Source: Escherichia phage SP27
Sequence record: LC494302.1
Strand: one strand, 5' to 3'
Length of the DNA: 64,000 nucleotides
Below, piece after piece: positions 1 through 9,559 of this stretch (the first letter of the stretch is position 1; every line of letters starts with the position of its first letter). Position numbers and translations under genes: made by a program. The notes beneath the pieces are model-generated. The model did no database searches, was not told where the DNA came from, and saw only the letters and a program-made list of their open reading frames with translations.

Positions 1-66
1 CTCTATAGTATTAAATACTTCTGTACATATATATAGTACAGAAGTATTTCTCGTTAGAGGTTTGTT

Positions 67-426
67 ATGAAGAGTTATATAAAATTAATAGCACTTGTGT
101 GTGCATTATTTTCATGTTTTAGTTATGGTGCAGCAGCAGAAACATATTGTCGTAGTACTAAGGGAACGTGGCATGTATTGACTAACGACCCTAGAAATGG
201 TAAAAATATAGTTGTTGATGGTGTGATTTATCGTTTTAAAGTAGAAAGTATTATCGGTAATAAAAAAATCTCGACTTATAGAGATGATTCTGGTACATTA
301 GCAAACGTAATATTAATTGTAGACCCAAGAACTGGTAATGGTGATATCTATATAGTAATTTACTTGGACTCATCGGTACGCCGTGACCTAGATATAGATA
401 AATTGAACTTACACTGTGAAATATAG
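67..426 (+). CDS. hypothetical secreted/periplasmic protein
   Basis: ATG with GAGG about 8 nt upstream; signal-peptide-like N-terminus MKSYIKLIALVCALFSCFSYGAAA; 119 aa. Confidence 0.6.
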   Translation: MKSYIKLIALVCALFSCFSYGAAAETYCRSTKGTWHVLTNDPRNGKNIVVDGVIYRFKVESIIGNKKISTYRDDSGTLANVILIVDPRTGNGDIYIVIYLDSSVRRDLDIDKLNLHCEI

Positions 427-437
427 GACTTAAAAAA

Positions 438-815
438 ATGGTAAACACTATTTTACTTTTGTTGTTGAATATTCCAATTATTCTGTCTTTTTTAATTTCT
501 ATTTTTATGGCAGGATATTGTTTAGTTGCAGTAATTCATTTCATTTTAACAAACAAATATGTCCTAATTTCTAAGCTTGATTCTATTTTTGCTTGCGATT
601 CGATTGCTTATAACTTGTGGTTAATTTGTTCTTGCATTATGGGAGTAACTTTCCTTCTGTATGTATTTGATGTCCTTGACCAAAAGTTCGTATACATCAG
701 TACTGGATTGGCTCTTTATCCTGCTACGTGGTACTTGATTTACGTTGGTGATATATGGTATAGTACTTATAAAGAATATCAGTACAAGAAATCACTTAAC
801 GTTGGAGGAAAATAA
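438..815 (+). CDS. hypothetical membrane protein
   Basis: 125 aa ORF packed between neighbours; several hydrophobic segments; weak RBS. Confidence 0.5.
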   Translation: MVNTILLLLLNIPIILSFLISIFMAGYCLVAVIHFILTNKYVLISKLDSIFACDSIAYNLWLICSCIMGVTFLLYVFDVLDQKFVYISTGLALYPATWYLIYVGDIWYSTYKEYQYKKSLNVGGK

Positions 816-817
816 TC

Positions 818-1192
818 ATGAAAATTATTTTATTTTTTGTATGTATGTTAATGTGTGGATTGTCATATGCTGAACCATTGGAAGGTTTAGTTTGTACAGA
901 TGGTAATATTAAACATATCTATCAAGGTGATAGTGACGATCGAGATATTGTATATATTGATGGACAATCATATACGTTTGTTAAAGAGCATACAGTAGGC
1001 GACATTAGCTTCACTGAGTTTTCTAACGACACAGACCCTAACTTCTTAGCGTTTATTGAAGTAGATGTATATGAAGATAGTAATGGCACACAATATGCTA
1101 AATTAGTTATGATGCGTCGTGGTGCTAAAGAAACTAGTTTTGGTGGCTTGTGTAAATATAAGGATTGGTATTATGTTGATTTATCAAAGTGA
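818..1192 (+). CDS. hypothetical secreted protein
   Basis: GGAGG RBS before ATG; signal-peptide-like N-terminus MKIILFFVCMLMCGLSYA. Confidence 0.6.
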   Translation: MKIILFFVCMLMCGLSYAEPLEGLVCTDGNIKHIYQGDSDDRDIVYIDGQSYTFVKEHTVGDISFTEFSNDTDPNFLAFIEVDVYEDSNGTQYAKLVMMRRGAKETSFGGLCKYKDWYYVDLSK

Positions 1193-1205
1193 TAATATTC
1201 GTGTT

Positions 1206-1364
1206 ATGCAGCATCCCTACTTACAAATCTTTGATGTGCAGCAGTATATGGAAGGTGATGACCCAAGAACCTATGGTCGTAAGTATGATTACTTCACTGT
1301 AAAGCAGTGTAAAAATATTAACGAAGTACGACAATTAGTTCAAGAACTTCAAAACAAAGGTTGA
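1206..1364 (+). CDS. hypothetical small protein (start uncertain)
   Basis: internal ATG of track ORF 1119..1364 that avoids overlap with the upstream gene; stop codon sits inside the terminator stem; weak RBS. Confidence 0.3.
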   Translation: MQHPYLQIFDVQQYMEGDDPRTYGRKYDYFTVKQCKNINEVRQLVQELQNKG

Positions 1365-1384
1365 CTTCGGTCAGCCTTTTTTGT
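1356..1384 (+). terminator. rho-independent terminator doubling as promoter (TTGACT in stem, TATAAT downstream)
   Basis: AAAGGTTGACTTCGGTCAGCCTTTTTT hairpin + T-run; approx coordinates. Confidence 0.65.
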
Positions 1385-1418
1385 TATAATTCTCTTAATA
1401 AATTAGAGGATTTTAATT

Positions 1419-1859
1419 ATGTATGTATATCGTTTTGAACTTAAATTTAGTTACATTGAACCTAACTTAGATCCTGCACGAACTGTAGGTCCGTTTGCAC
1501 GGTATTCAACCAGATACAGTACTAAAAATGGATTTGACCGTTTGCTTATGACTACACCTTCTCAATTCCAACCTGAACCAACTGAGGATGGGATCTATTC
1601 AATCAAAAGTGGATGGGTATTTGGCTGTCAAAGTTTGAAAGATTTGTTCAGATTCTTCACTATGGACTTGGGTAAATTGCATCGTGCTGGGTTTGCTATA
1701 TCTGTATATGAAGTTCCAGACCACCATGTAGACATTGGTCGTAATCAGGTTCAGTACTATTGCGGTAGTGCTAAATTAGTTCGTATCATGTCAGTTAAGG
1801 AAGCAAAGGATGAGTTCCGACAAAGTAAAAGAGAAACACATGAGGTAATATATGGATAA
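1419..1859 (+). CDS. hypothetical protein
   Basis: AGAGGA RBS; 146 aa ORF downstream of a terminator/promoter module. Confidence 0.55.
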   Translation: MYVYRFELKFSYIEPNLDPARTVGPFARYSTRYSTKNGFDRLLMTTPSQFQPEPTEDGIYSIKSGWVFGCQSLKDLFRFFTMDLGKLHRAGFAISVYEVPDHHVDIGRNQVQYYCGSAKLVRIMSVKEAKDEFRQSKRETHEVIYG

Positions 1860-2196
1860 AACTCAAATAGAATTAAAGAAATTTGTTTCATTCTATCTTC
1901 CTGATGACCCACGTAATTCACAAAAAGATATTGAATATTATAATATCCTATCTAAACAGTTAATGAGAAAGTTTCAACAGTGTTTAACTATATTCAATAC
2001 AGATGGAAGACGTAGATACCGAATCGTTTCAATGAATGATGAAAACGCAAATTTCTTTGATTACGATGTAGTTTTTAGAGCATATAATGATGATCGTATA
2101 AAATTAAATTATGATCAAATTATACTTGACCTGAATGTTATATGTGTTATAATCACTCACGTAGCCGAACTTAATGGTTTTAAAGAATGGTATTGA
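1852..2196 (+). CDS. hypothetical protein
   Basis: 114 aa ORF, start overlaps upstream stop (operon-style). Confidence 0.5.
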   Translation: MDKTQIELKKFVSFYLPDDPRNSQKDIEYYNILSKQLMRKFQQCLTIFNTDGRRRYRIVSMNDENANFFDYDVVFRAYNDDRIKLNYDQIILDLNVICVIITHVAELNGFKEWY

Positions 2197-2210
2197 ATAG
2201 AGGATAACAT

Positions 2211-2477
2211 ATGAAGCTTAAATTACAATATAATGGATTTACTTTACGTAATGATACTGAATTTATTAATCGTTCTCCTGGTGCTGAACTGTTTTTACGA
2301 GAGATGAACATTCCTTTCATCATTACTACAGTGGGCGACCGTGAAGTTCTACAATATGCAGAGCATCCGATTATTGATGTTCCTTGGTACTCTGAGCATA
2401 TGTACATGGATATGGCACGTCGCTACAACTGTAAGTTCGTAGTTGAAGGTGATAAAATTACAGTCGAATTTAAATAA
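2211..2477 (+). CDS. hypothetical protein
   Basis: AGAGGA RBS; 88 aa. Confidence 0.55.
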   Translation: MKLKLQYNGFTLRNDTEFINRSPGAELFLREMNIPFIITTVGDREVLQYAEHPIIDVPWYSEHMYMDMARRYNCKFVVEGDKITVEFK

Positions 2478-2489
2478 GGTAAATTAAAA

Positions 2490-2783
2490 ATGATCAGTAC
2501 TTCAGTTAATGAAAGCATCGTCGCTGACGTAGAAATGGTTAAAGAATGTGCAGATGAAACTCTTCGTGATATGTACATTAATGATTTAATTACTGAATAC
2601 GGTAGTCGTGGTGTACACGAATTTATTCGTTTAAGTGGAGAGTTGATGAAAAATCGAATTCGTATGAAGCTTAACGTACATCCAAAAGCATGGGCATTTA
2701 CATTAAAATACGCAGAAGATATTGTTAATTTGCGTCGAACTGAAGTATATGAACGTTTGCACAATGGTATGTTAGATAAATGA
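2490..2783 (+). CDS. hypothetical protein
   Basis: AAGG RBS; 97 aa; followed by hairpin terminator. Confidence 0.55.
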   Translation: MISTSVNESIVADVEMVKECADETLRDMYINDLITEYGSRGVHEFIRLSGELMKNRIRMKLNVHPKAWAFTLKYAEDIVNLRRTEVYERLHNGMLDK

Positions 2784-2792
2784 TTGTAAAAT

Positions 2793-2822
2793 AGGAATTC
2801 TTAAATGAATTCCTTTTTGTTT
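2793..2822 (+). terminator. rho-independent terminator
   Basis: AGGAATTC..GAATTCCT hairpin followed by TTTTTGTTT. Confidence 0.6.
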
Positions 2823-2835
2823 ATAAGGTATAGTA

Positions 2836-3057
2836 ATGAAATATATAGTACTTGTACTGATATTATTCAGTACTGTTGTAAGTGCTAAACAAAAAGAATA
2901 TGTTAAATGTATAAATTATGAAGAGAAATATGTTGAAACATATAAAAAAAGTATAATTAAAAACGTTTCGATTACTAACAGAGCAACAATCATTGTACTT
3001 AAAAATGGGTTAATTATGCTATATAAACCACACGTTAAATGTGAAATTATTAATTGA
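2836..3057 (+). CDS. hypothetical small secreted protein
   Basis: signal-peptide-like N-terminus MKYIVLVLILFSTVVSA; 73 aa. Confidence 0.5.
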   Translation: MKYIVLVLILFSTVVSAKQKEYVKCINYEEKYVETYKKSIIKNVSITNRATIIVLKNGLIMLYKPHVKCEIIN

Positions 3058-3064
3058 GGAAATT

Positions 3065-3637
3065 ATGAATCGTAAAGGTCGTTTTAAAGTATCAAAAAAG
3101 AACAAAAGTTCTAGGTTTAAACCTATTGTTTTAACAGTTAAATCTAACAAAGATTTAACTGCACTTAGTAAAAAGATAATTTCATCTAAGATTGAAGTAT
3201 CATACGTAAATTCATTAAAATATATGAATGTCAAACCACTGGACCAACTCATTTCACTTATATTTGAACGTAATGATTTTGAGATATCAGTAGATGATTA
3301 TAGAGCCTATAATGCTGGTTTCATTAATGTTACTTGTAATAAAAAACTAACTGAGTTGGAAAATTTGTCATGTATAATAAATCTAGATAAAGGTGTTGTG
3401 AAGTACCATTTTGTACATTTCACTAATATCAATAATGGAATGGGTGTACAATCCAGACCTATAGTGCCTACGTGTGATGTTACTAAATTAGCAAAGCTCA
3501 ATGATGAAGAATATTTTCAAGAAAGCATTGTAACTGAGCATTTAGATGATATAATAGCTACTTACAAAGAATGCATATGGGTGTTGAATGCTATAAAACC
3601 TAAATTGTGTTTAATGAATATTGTTCGTGATTTATGA
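3065..3637 (+). CDS. hypothetical protein (C-terminal EEYFQES motif shared with 63607..63951)
   Basis: GAGGA RBS 6 nt before ATG 3065 (track ORF starts 3041); 190 aa. Confidence 0.5.
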   Translation: MNRKGRFKVSKKNKSSRFKPIVLTVKSNKDLTALSKKIISSKIEVSYVNSLKYMNVKPLDQLISLIFERNDFEISVDDYRAYNAGFINVTCNKKLTELENLSCIINLDKGVVKYHFVHFTNINNGMGVQSRPIVPTCDVTKLAKLNDEEYFQESIVTEHLDDIIATYKECIWVLNAIKPKLCLMNIVRDL

Positions 3638-3650
3638 ATGGGGAATCGTA

Positions 3651-4094
3651 ATGAGTTGGGTAAATGTTAATAGTATTGAACTTAACGAACAAGATATTTT
3701 TGCATTTGTAAATTTAACTAATAACACAGTACTAAAAGGGCGTTTGTTCAGTGCTAGTGATGGGTACAAATGGATCTCTTTGATGGATGATAGTGGTGTG
3801 ATTTATAATGTAATGCAATTACCCCAATGGGTATATAGTAACACTGCTGACGATGTTCTTACCGCAGTTATGCGTGAGTTTGAAAAACTCCCAGGTGGTG
3901 ATATCAAAAACAAAGTTTTTAATGCAGAACGTAAAAATTATACAGCACAGCAGTTGGAATCCGTTGCCATTGCTGCTTATCAAGCTGCTATTAAGAAGCC
4001 AGAGTGCGTTATTCTTAAGTATGTACCAGACTTAAAACTTACGTTGGAAGACATGGATGCATTCATTTTTACATCTGAACTTGATCAGTACTAA
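3651..4094 (+). CDS. hypothetical protein
   Basis: GGGGA before internal ATG 3651 of track ORF 3621..4094. Confidence 0.5.
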   Translation: MSWVNVNSIELNEQDIFAFVNLTNNTVLKGRLFSASDGYKWISLMDDSGVIYNVMQLPQWVYSNTADDVLTAVMREFEKLPGGDIKNKVFNAERKNYTAQQLESVAIAAYQAAIKKPECVILKYVPDLKLTLEDMDAFIFTSELDQY

Positions 4095-4166
4095 TTTAAC
4101 TTTGGGACAACCATTCTTATTATGATATAATGTTTTATGTCATTCGATATAAATGACAAACGGAAC

Positions 4167-4174
4167 TATAAATA
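4167..4174 (+). promoter_or_regulatory. T4-type late promoter core TATAAATA
   Basis: exact TATAAATA about 35 nt upstream of ATG 4211. Confidence 0.5.
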
Positions 4175-4210
4175 TTATAGTAAAATTTATCTCTTATAGG
4201 AGTTATAAAA

Positions 4211-4594
4211 ATGGTTGATAAATGGAATAAGAAAGATCCATCACATGATGTTGATATTTCTGGTCTAGACAATGCACATAAGCACAAGTATCTAGATTCA
4301 CTAGGTCTTCTAAAACCAGACCAAAGTCTTGCACATGATCGTCCATCCCGTGAAAAAGCATTTAGCCTAGAATCACTAGGTCATGAGCTTAATCGTGTGT
4401 TTGAGGATCACCCAATCTATGTACGTGATATTATCGAGAAACTTAAAGTAACTCCTAAAGAGCACTTTAAAGCAACTGTACACTCTGCATTCCGTGCATT
4501 ACATGAATCTCTAAAGAAAACTCACAATCTTCGTAAAATTCATGATGAAATCGTGAATGCAATCGAAAGTGAAAAACATAAGTTCAAGAAGTAA
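4211..4594 (+). CDS. hypothetical charged protein, late-promoter driven; paralog of 4840..6117
   Basis: TATAAATA about 40 nt upstream; AGGAG RBS; shares SLGLL and PKE motifs with next gene. Confidence 0.6.
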   Translation: MVDKWNKKDPSHDVDISGLDNAHKHKYLDSLGLLKPDQSLAHDRPSREKAFSLESLGHELNRVFEDHPIYVRDIIEKLKVTPKEHFKATVHSAFRALHESLKKTHNLRKIHDEIVNAIESEKHKFKK

Positions 4595-4596
4595 TA

Positions 4597-4626
4597 AAAA
4601 GGGTTGACTAAGGTCAGCCCTTTGTT
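4597..4626 (+). terminator. terminator/promoter module
   Basis: AAAAAGGGTTGACTAAGGTCAGCCCTTTGTT. Confidence 0.65.
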
Positions 4627-4662
4627 GTATCATAACTTCTCAATATAACTGAGGTATCATAT

Positions 4663-4776
4663 ATGCAAGGTTTAAAATTTGTAGTTGCTGCACTCATCGC
4701 CGCAGTACTGGTTGGTGGTGTATTCTATGTAGTGGATCAAAAAGTAAATCCACCTGCACAAGAACAATCTAAGTAA
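4663..4776 (+). CDS. hypothetical small membrane-anchored peptide (37 aa)
   Basis: GAGGT RBS; ORF MQGLKFVVAALIAAVLVGGVFYVV... lies between two terminators; below track size cutoff. Confidence 0.4.
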   Translation: MQGLKFVVAALIAAVLVGGVFYVVDQKVNPPAQEQSK

Positions 4777-4782
4777 CAAAAT

Positions 4783-4810
4783 AAGGTTGACTTCGGTCAG
4801 CCTTTTCTTT
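4783..4810 (+). terminator. terminator/promoter module
   Basis: AAGGTTGACTTCGGTCAGCCTTTTCTTT; late TATAAATA box just downstream. Confidence 0.65.
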
Positions 4811-4815
4811 ATACT

Positions 4816-4823
4816 ATAAATAT
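4816..4823 (+). promoter_or_regulatory. T4-type late promoter core TATAAATA
   Basis: exact TATAAATA about 17 nt upstream of ATG 4840. Confidence 0.5.
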
Positions 4824-4839
4824 AGACATAGAGAAAAAA

Positions 4840-6117
4840 ATGAAATCTATGGAGAGAAATCAAATGCCAAGTAATTTTACTGATAAAAATGGTGGTAACA
4901 TGGCTGGTCACTCTGATAAATGGAGTGAACGCAACCGCCGTCCAAATAGTTATCAAGCAGGTCAAGGTTCACGTGGATCACGTAACCAAGGAACTGGTCT
5001 AGCTGGTAAAGCAAACGCAGAAGCAGGTGAAGTTAAGAGTACTGAGAACATGACTGAGCTAGAAAAGCTACGTTATGTTAATTCATTGGGACTTCTTAAT
5101 GCTACACAAAAACAACGCCTAGCTGATATGGAACGTGAAGAAAAAGAAAAGTCTGCTCCTGCGAAAGAAGAACCAAAACAAGAAGCACCAAAGGCGGTTA
5201 ACCCTGTCAAAGAACTGTCTGATAAGTTAGGTAAGATTTTTGCTAATAAACCACAACTTATCCAAGGTATTGTGAAAGAATTGCAATCTGTACCTAAAGA
5301 AGAATTAAAAGTCAAAGCACAAGCTGTGCTTGATGCAATGAGTGGAAATACCAGTACTGAACCAACTGAAGTATTCAGTACTATAATGCGTGCACTTGAA
5401 GGTACGCAACAAGGTGATGTGCCTGCACAAGAGGAAGTAAGTCTTGAAAGCGTACTTAAAACATTTGATAGTATTGGTAAAGAAGACCGTGCTAATGCTC
5501 AACAAGTTAAGAATGTACTAGCTAAGTTAGAAAACCGTCTGGAAGGTAAAGACGATAAGATTAAATTAGTATCTGATGCAGTTAACGATGCACTTAAATC
5601 TTATGTACAAGGTGAAAAGAGTCGTTTTGTAACTGCAATGGATGCTGCATTCAATACTATGAAAAAGTATGAAGCTGATCATGGTGAGAAGGTTACACGA
5701 GATGGTTATCTGATGCGTGATGATGAAGAAGGTGCAGTAGAACAGAACGATGTTCATTCAGACGAAGAAATTGATGACATGGAAGCTGAACTGTCACAAG
5801 ACCGCCAAATGACTGAAAAATCCCATAACGAACTACAGAAATTAATGCAATGGGTTGCAGATGTTGGTGAAAAAGCTGGTGCTGATAAGAAGAGTATAAA
5901 TCGAAATCTTAGTTGGATTAAAGATAAAGTTGGTAACAACGCTCGTAAACTACAAAAAGCGTGGACTGATGTAGTGAATGGTGCTGTTGATATTGATGTT
6001 GAATCCGGTGAGGCATATGATTATGCATTGACTACACTTGATGACTCTTTCCGTGATTACGAAAATGGAAATGTAACTCCTTGGGAAAAGGACATCATGA
6101 GCAAATACGGTAAATGA
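4840..6117 (+). CDS. hypothetical acidic 425 aa protein, late-promoter driven
   Basis: TATAAATA about 20 nt upstream; long ORF, Lys/Glu rich; motifs shared with 4211..4594. Confidence 0.6.
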   Translation: MKSMERNQMPSNFTDKNGGNMAGHSDKWSERNRRPNSYQAGQGSRGSRNQGTGLAGKANAEAGEVKSTENMTELEKLRYVNSLGLLNATQKQRLADMEREEKEKSAPAKEEPKQEAPKAVNPVKELSDKLGKIFANKPQLIQGIVKELQSVPKEELKVKAQAVLDAMSGNTSTEPTEVFSTIMRALEGTQQGDVPAQEEVSLESVLKTFDSIGKEDRANAQQVKNVLAKLENRLEGKDDKIKLVSDAVNDALKSYVQGEKSRFVTAMDAAFNTMKKYEADHGEKVTRDGYLMRDDEEGAVEQNDVHSDEEIDDMEAELSQDRQMTEKSHNELQKLMQWVADVGEKAGADKKSINRNLSWIKDKVGNNARKLQKAWTDVVNGAVDIDVESGEAYDYALTTLDDSFRDYENGNVTPWEKDIMSKYGK

Positions 6118-6125
6118 TAAAACAA

Positions 6126-6152
6126 AAGGTTGACTTCGGTCAGCCTTTTTTT
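6126..6152 (+). terminator. terminator/promoter module
   Basis: AAGGTTGACTTCGGTCAGCCTTTTTTTG. Confidence 0.65.
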
Positions 6153-6188
6153 GTAAATACAAAAGAGGAATTAAGAAGAGGGATTACA

Positions 6189-6440
6189 ATGAAAAAATAT
6201 ATTATATTTGGAATTGTATTATTTTCCAGTACTGCTTATGGTGCAGATTATCATTGCTCCGTAGCAAGGCAGGATTTCAGAAATGGGGAGTTCTATACTA
6301 CCTCATACACAAAAGGAATAATACACGACACCGACAGAACTATTGGATTTAATGCGTTTGACAACAAAGATTCATATACTTCAGGTATACTATCTGAGCG
6401 TAAGACTGATGTAATGGGAATAGAAAAAGAGTTTCGGTGA
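6189..6440 (+). CDS. hypothetical secreted protein
   Basis: AGAGG RBS before internal ATG 6189; signal-peptide-like MKKYIIFGIVLFSSTAYG. Confidence 0.5.
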   Translation: MKKYIIFGIVLFSSTAYGADYHCSVARQDFRNGEFYTTSYTKGIIHDTDRTIGFNAFDNKDSYTSGILSERKTDVMGIEKEFR

Positions 6441-6444
6441 TTCC

Positions 6445-6774
6445 GTGGCAATGTGTAATGACATTGAAAGTACTAAAACAATTTATTATAATAATGAACG
6501 TAACTATCGTTTTCATAATTTAACCACAAATAAAAGTTTACTATTTTACAATTGTAAAGAAGTAATACTCCCATCAGACAATAGCTGTACTCCAACTAAT
6601 CAACCCCCAGCACAATGTAATACTCCCTCTGAACCTGATAAAAATAAAAAAGACAAAGATAAAGATAAAAAAGAAGACAAAAAACCTTTAAAAGATAAAA
6701 AGAAAGATAAAAAACCTAATCCGTTTAAAAATAATAAACCAGCACAACCCGATATGACGTGTAAAATAAAATAA
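6445..6774 (+). CDS. hypothetical Lys/Asp-rich low-complexity protein
   Basis: track ORF (probable GTG start, or ATG 6451); KDKDKDKKEDKK repeats; no clear RBS. Confidence 0.35.
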   Translation: MAMCNDIESTKTIYYNNERNYRFHNLTTNKSLLFYNCKEVILPSDNSCTPTNQPPAQCNTPSEPDKNKKDKDKDKKEDKKPLKDKKKDKKPNPFKNNKPAQPDMTCKIK

Positions 6775-6783
6775 GGATATATA

Positions 6784-7203
6784 ATGAAAAAGATTTTTTT
6801 AAGTATTATTTTAGTACTTTTTAGTTTTAATGTATATGCAGCAGATGCTAAACAGGTTGCTAATACAGTAAAAGATGTTATAGTAGACAATGCTCCTACC
6901 TTAGAGGAAATTGGGGTAAAAACTTGTGATATAGTAATATATAATTTAGTTAATGATGAACGAGTTATGTTGAATACGTATGAACAAGTAGTCCCATTGG
7001 TTGAATCTGGTGATGCTTTTAGCTTTACATATAAAGTTAAATTAACAGGAGGGGTTGAAGTTAATCTTGACATTGATACCGCTTCAGTACTAAAAGATAA
7101 ACTAGGATATGTGTTCAATCGTATTCGTGAAGAAGGTCATCTTAAGTATGTTTATGAAAGTAAAATACTAAAACGTGCAATAGTTATAGAAAACTGTAAA
7201 TGA
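6784..7203 (+). CDS. hypothetical secreted protein
   Basis: AAGGA RBS; signal peptide MKKIFLSIILVLFSFNVYA; 139 aa. Confidence 0.6.
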   Translation: MKKIFLSIILVLFSFNVYAADAKQVANTVKDVIVDNAPTLEEIGVKTCDIVIYNLVNDERVMLNTYEQVVPLVESGDAFSFTYKVKLTGGVEVNLDIDTASVLKDKLGYVFNRIREEGHLKYVYESKILKRAIVIENCK

Positions 7204-7209
7204 TAATAA

Positions 7210-7236
7210 AAGGGTTGACTTCGGTCAGCCTTTTTT
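7210..7236 (+). terminator. terminator/promoter module
   Basis: AAGGGTTGACTTCGGTCAGCCTTTTTTG. Confidence 0.65.
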
Positions 7237-7272
7237 GTTATGATGTTGATATTAACTACAGAGGATAAAGTA

Positions 7273-7914
7273 ATGACTAAGCAAGAAATATTCAAAACTT
7301 TAATTGACATTTTGCGTCCATCAAAAACTCGTTGTGCGATGGAGTTTGATATTCCTTATGCTGAACGCGTAATCTTTCCACAAGTTAAAGCTGCTGGACT
7401 TACTTTGCTTGGAATGGGGATGTACTCTGTAGTAGTTGAACATAAAAACTATCCTGGACGAGCATTTAAAGTAACCACTTCACGCTGGGATGGTTTTCGT
7501 GCTTATGCAAAGTACTGCATTGAAAACGCAGGAACCAAGTTTCTTCCAGTGATCTACAGTGCCAACGAACAAGGAAACTTTGGATGGTATGAGATGGACA
7601 AGTACTATCCTATAATTAAACAAAAAAATAATTATGATGACTTTGTTAGTACTAAAATTGGAGATTTATATTCTTATGCACATGCTGGTCAGTACGCTAC
7701 TTCAGTGAATGATATGCGTGGAAATTCTGAAGAGATTGCTATTGCGACGGTCGCTGCTAACATCATGAAAGAGTTTCACGGGCGTTTTGTACCAGACATT
7801 CATTCAAGTAATGTAATGATGGATAAAGATGGGAATGTATTCATTACTGATCCTCTTTCGTGTGATGTGCGTAGAGAAATACCAATTACTGAAGAAGATC
7901 CAGTTTTTTATTGA
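7273..7914 (+). CDS. putative protein-kinase-like protein
   Basis: GAGGA RBS before ATG 7273; glycine-loop-like GMGMYSVVV, AFKV lysine, catalytic-loop-like DIHSSNVMMDKDGNVFITD. Confidence 0.45.
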   Translation: MTKQEIFKTLIDILRPSKTRCAMEFDIPYAERVIFPQVKAAGLTLLGMGMYSVVVEHKNYPGRAFKVTTSRWDGFRAYAKYCIENAGTKFLPVIYSANEQGNFGWYEMDKYYPIIKQKNNYDDFVSTKIGDLYSYAHAGQYATSVNDMRGNSEEIAIATVAANIMKEFHGRFVPDIHSSNVMMDKDGNVFITDPLSCDVRREIPITEEDPVFY

Positions 7915-7975
7915 CAGAACTGATGTTCTGATGTATTCTTAATAAACCATAAAAATTGCGGTAAAGGATAAAATC

Positions 7976-8257
7976 ATGCGTTCATTTGAAAACTTAATAG
8001 GTAAGCATCTTTTATCTGAAATTGATGCAGACGTTAAAGAATTATCCAAATCAAAAAGTTACATTCATTTGGATGAACTATTTGTTAAGTACGGTGAGAT
8101 TGGTTTTAAGTCATTATTTGTTTTTACTATGAAAGTACATAGTTTAAAGTACTTCGATTTGAGTGCTAAAGATGGTGAACCGAATCTATATTACATGTAT
8201 TACCTTAAGAACAAAGATGAAGCTAATACATTACTCTCTGAATATATATTGGGGTAA
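7976..8257 (+). CDS. hypothetical protein
   Basis: AAGGA RBS; 93 aa. Confidence 0.55.
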   Translation: MRSFENLIGKHLLSEIDADVKELSKSKSYIHLDELFVKYGEIGFKSLFVFTMKVHSLKYFDLSAKDGEPNLYYMYYLKNKDEANTLLSEYILG

Positions 8258-8259
8258 AA

Positions 8260-8598
8260 ATGGAACAATATTTTGAATTAATAAACAAAGTATCATTTTA
8301 TGTAGTATCTTTGGTTTGGGTGTATTATATGTTTTGCTACATTATTGCATTCTTCCGATACACTACTTTATATGAACGTATCTACTATGATGCCCCAATT
8401 TCATTCTTGATGTTTTGTGCATGTACGTGGGGAATATTAGAAGTACTGATATGTGGGTATAGTACTGATGAATTAAATCTGGTATCGGTCTTGACTGGGT
8501 TTTCATTTGTTGTTATGATAGCTGCCGTTCCAGTATGGTTGTTCTTTGGACTAGTTCATCGCATTGATATATGGCGTTCTAATATCCCTGAAAAGTAA
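8260..8598 (+). CDS. small multi-TM membrane protein (family M)
   Basis: hydrophobic segments; C-terminal RSNIPEK motif shared with neighbours. Confidence 0.6.
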   Translation: MEQYFELINKVSFYVVSLVWVYYMFCYIIAFFRYTTLYERIYYDAPISFLMFCACTWGILEVLICGYSTDELNLVSVLTGFSFVVMIAAVPVWLFFGLVHRIDIWRSNIPEK

Positions 8599-8607
8599 GG
8601 ATTGGTA

Positions 8608-8949
8608 ATGATTTATTACACTAACATGTTTGCCTATGCTGTTGCTTGCATTTACATTGTTTACTTCTTATTTGGTGGAGTACTGTGCTTCTTTAAGTAC
8701 AAAACGTTGTTCAACCGAATGTACCCAAATCATCCAATTGTAGTTGTACTTTTGATTCTTTCAGTTTCTCAAATAATCGTTGAAACTACAATGGGTATCA
8801 GTAGTGTACATTATAGTTTTGGTACTATAGTAATTATTACTATGCTTATTGCATACATTTTAGTACTTGGATATGGTATCTTTGGTAATATTGGTATGAA
8901 AATGTATCATCGAATTAAAACATTACGTGATAATCTACCGGAGCGTTGA
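8608..8949 (+). CDS. small multi-TM membrane protein (family M)
   Basis: TAAGGA RBS before ATG 8608; C-terminal RDNLPER. Confidence 0.6.
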   Translation: MIYYTNMFAYAVACIYIVYFLFGGVLCFFKYKTLFNRMYPNHPIVVVLLILSVSQIIVETTMGISSVHYSFGTIVIITMLIAYILVLGYGIFGNIGMKMYHRIKTLRDNLPER

Positions 8950-8950
8950 T

Positions 8951-9295
8951 ATGTATAATTTGAACCTAATCTCATATATTATAACAACACTGTTTACATT
9001 CTATGCCTTTGTTGGTATAATCCTACTGTACTTTAAATTTTATAAAGTGTTTAACCGTTTCTATCCTTCAATGGAGAATGAGTTTTTCTTTGTGTTGTAC
9101 GTATGTTACACATTCATGGCTACATGTTTCACTGTAGTCGATGGTGTCATCGGCATTAAAACTGCTGCACCAAATGGTAGTACGCTGGTTGCATTTATTC
9201 TTACCGGATTCCTTGCAACTTATATTGCCTTCATTGCAACATGGTCAGTGGTTGAATTTCTCTTGCGACTACGAAAGAATATGCCGAATCGATAG
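8951..9295 (+). CDS. small multi-TM membrane protein (family M)
   Basis: GGAG before ATG 8951; C-terminal RKNMPNR. Confidence 0.6.
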   Translation: MYNLNLISYIITTLFTFYAFVGIILLYFKFYKVFNRFYPSMENEFFFVLYVCYTFMATCFTVVDGVIGIKTAAPNGSTLVAFILTGFLATYIAFIATWSVVEFLLRLRKNMPNR

Positions 9296-9304
9296 GAGAC
9301 ATAT

Positions 9305-9559
9305 ATGTTTGCATTGCGTAACAAAAACACTAAAGAAATATTATGTTTAGATACCGTATGGGATTGTGCGGGATCAACTACAGTTCTTGAAGAAGGAACT
9401 GGATATTGCGTGTTTGTTGTACATGATAGGAATGAACTCGAATTATTACTTGCTGAGTTCAATGCTGGTGGTAATCCTAACAGTACTGAATACCCTGAGA
9501 TTATCAATCCAGCACCACCAGGCTCTTATGAAATTCTACAACTGTGGGAGTTGAAGTAA
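9305..9559 (+). CDS. hypothetical protein
   Basis: AGGAG RBS; 84 aa. Confidence 0.55.
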   Translation: MFALRNKNTKEILCLDTVWDCAGSTTVLEEGTGYCVFVVHDRNELELLLAEFNAGGNPNSTEYPEIINPAPPGSYEILQLWELK

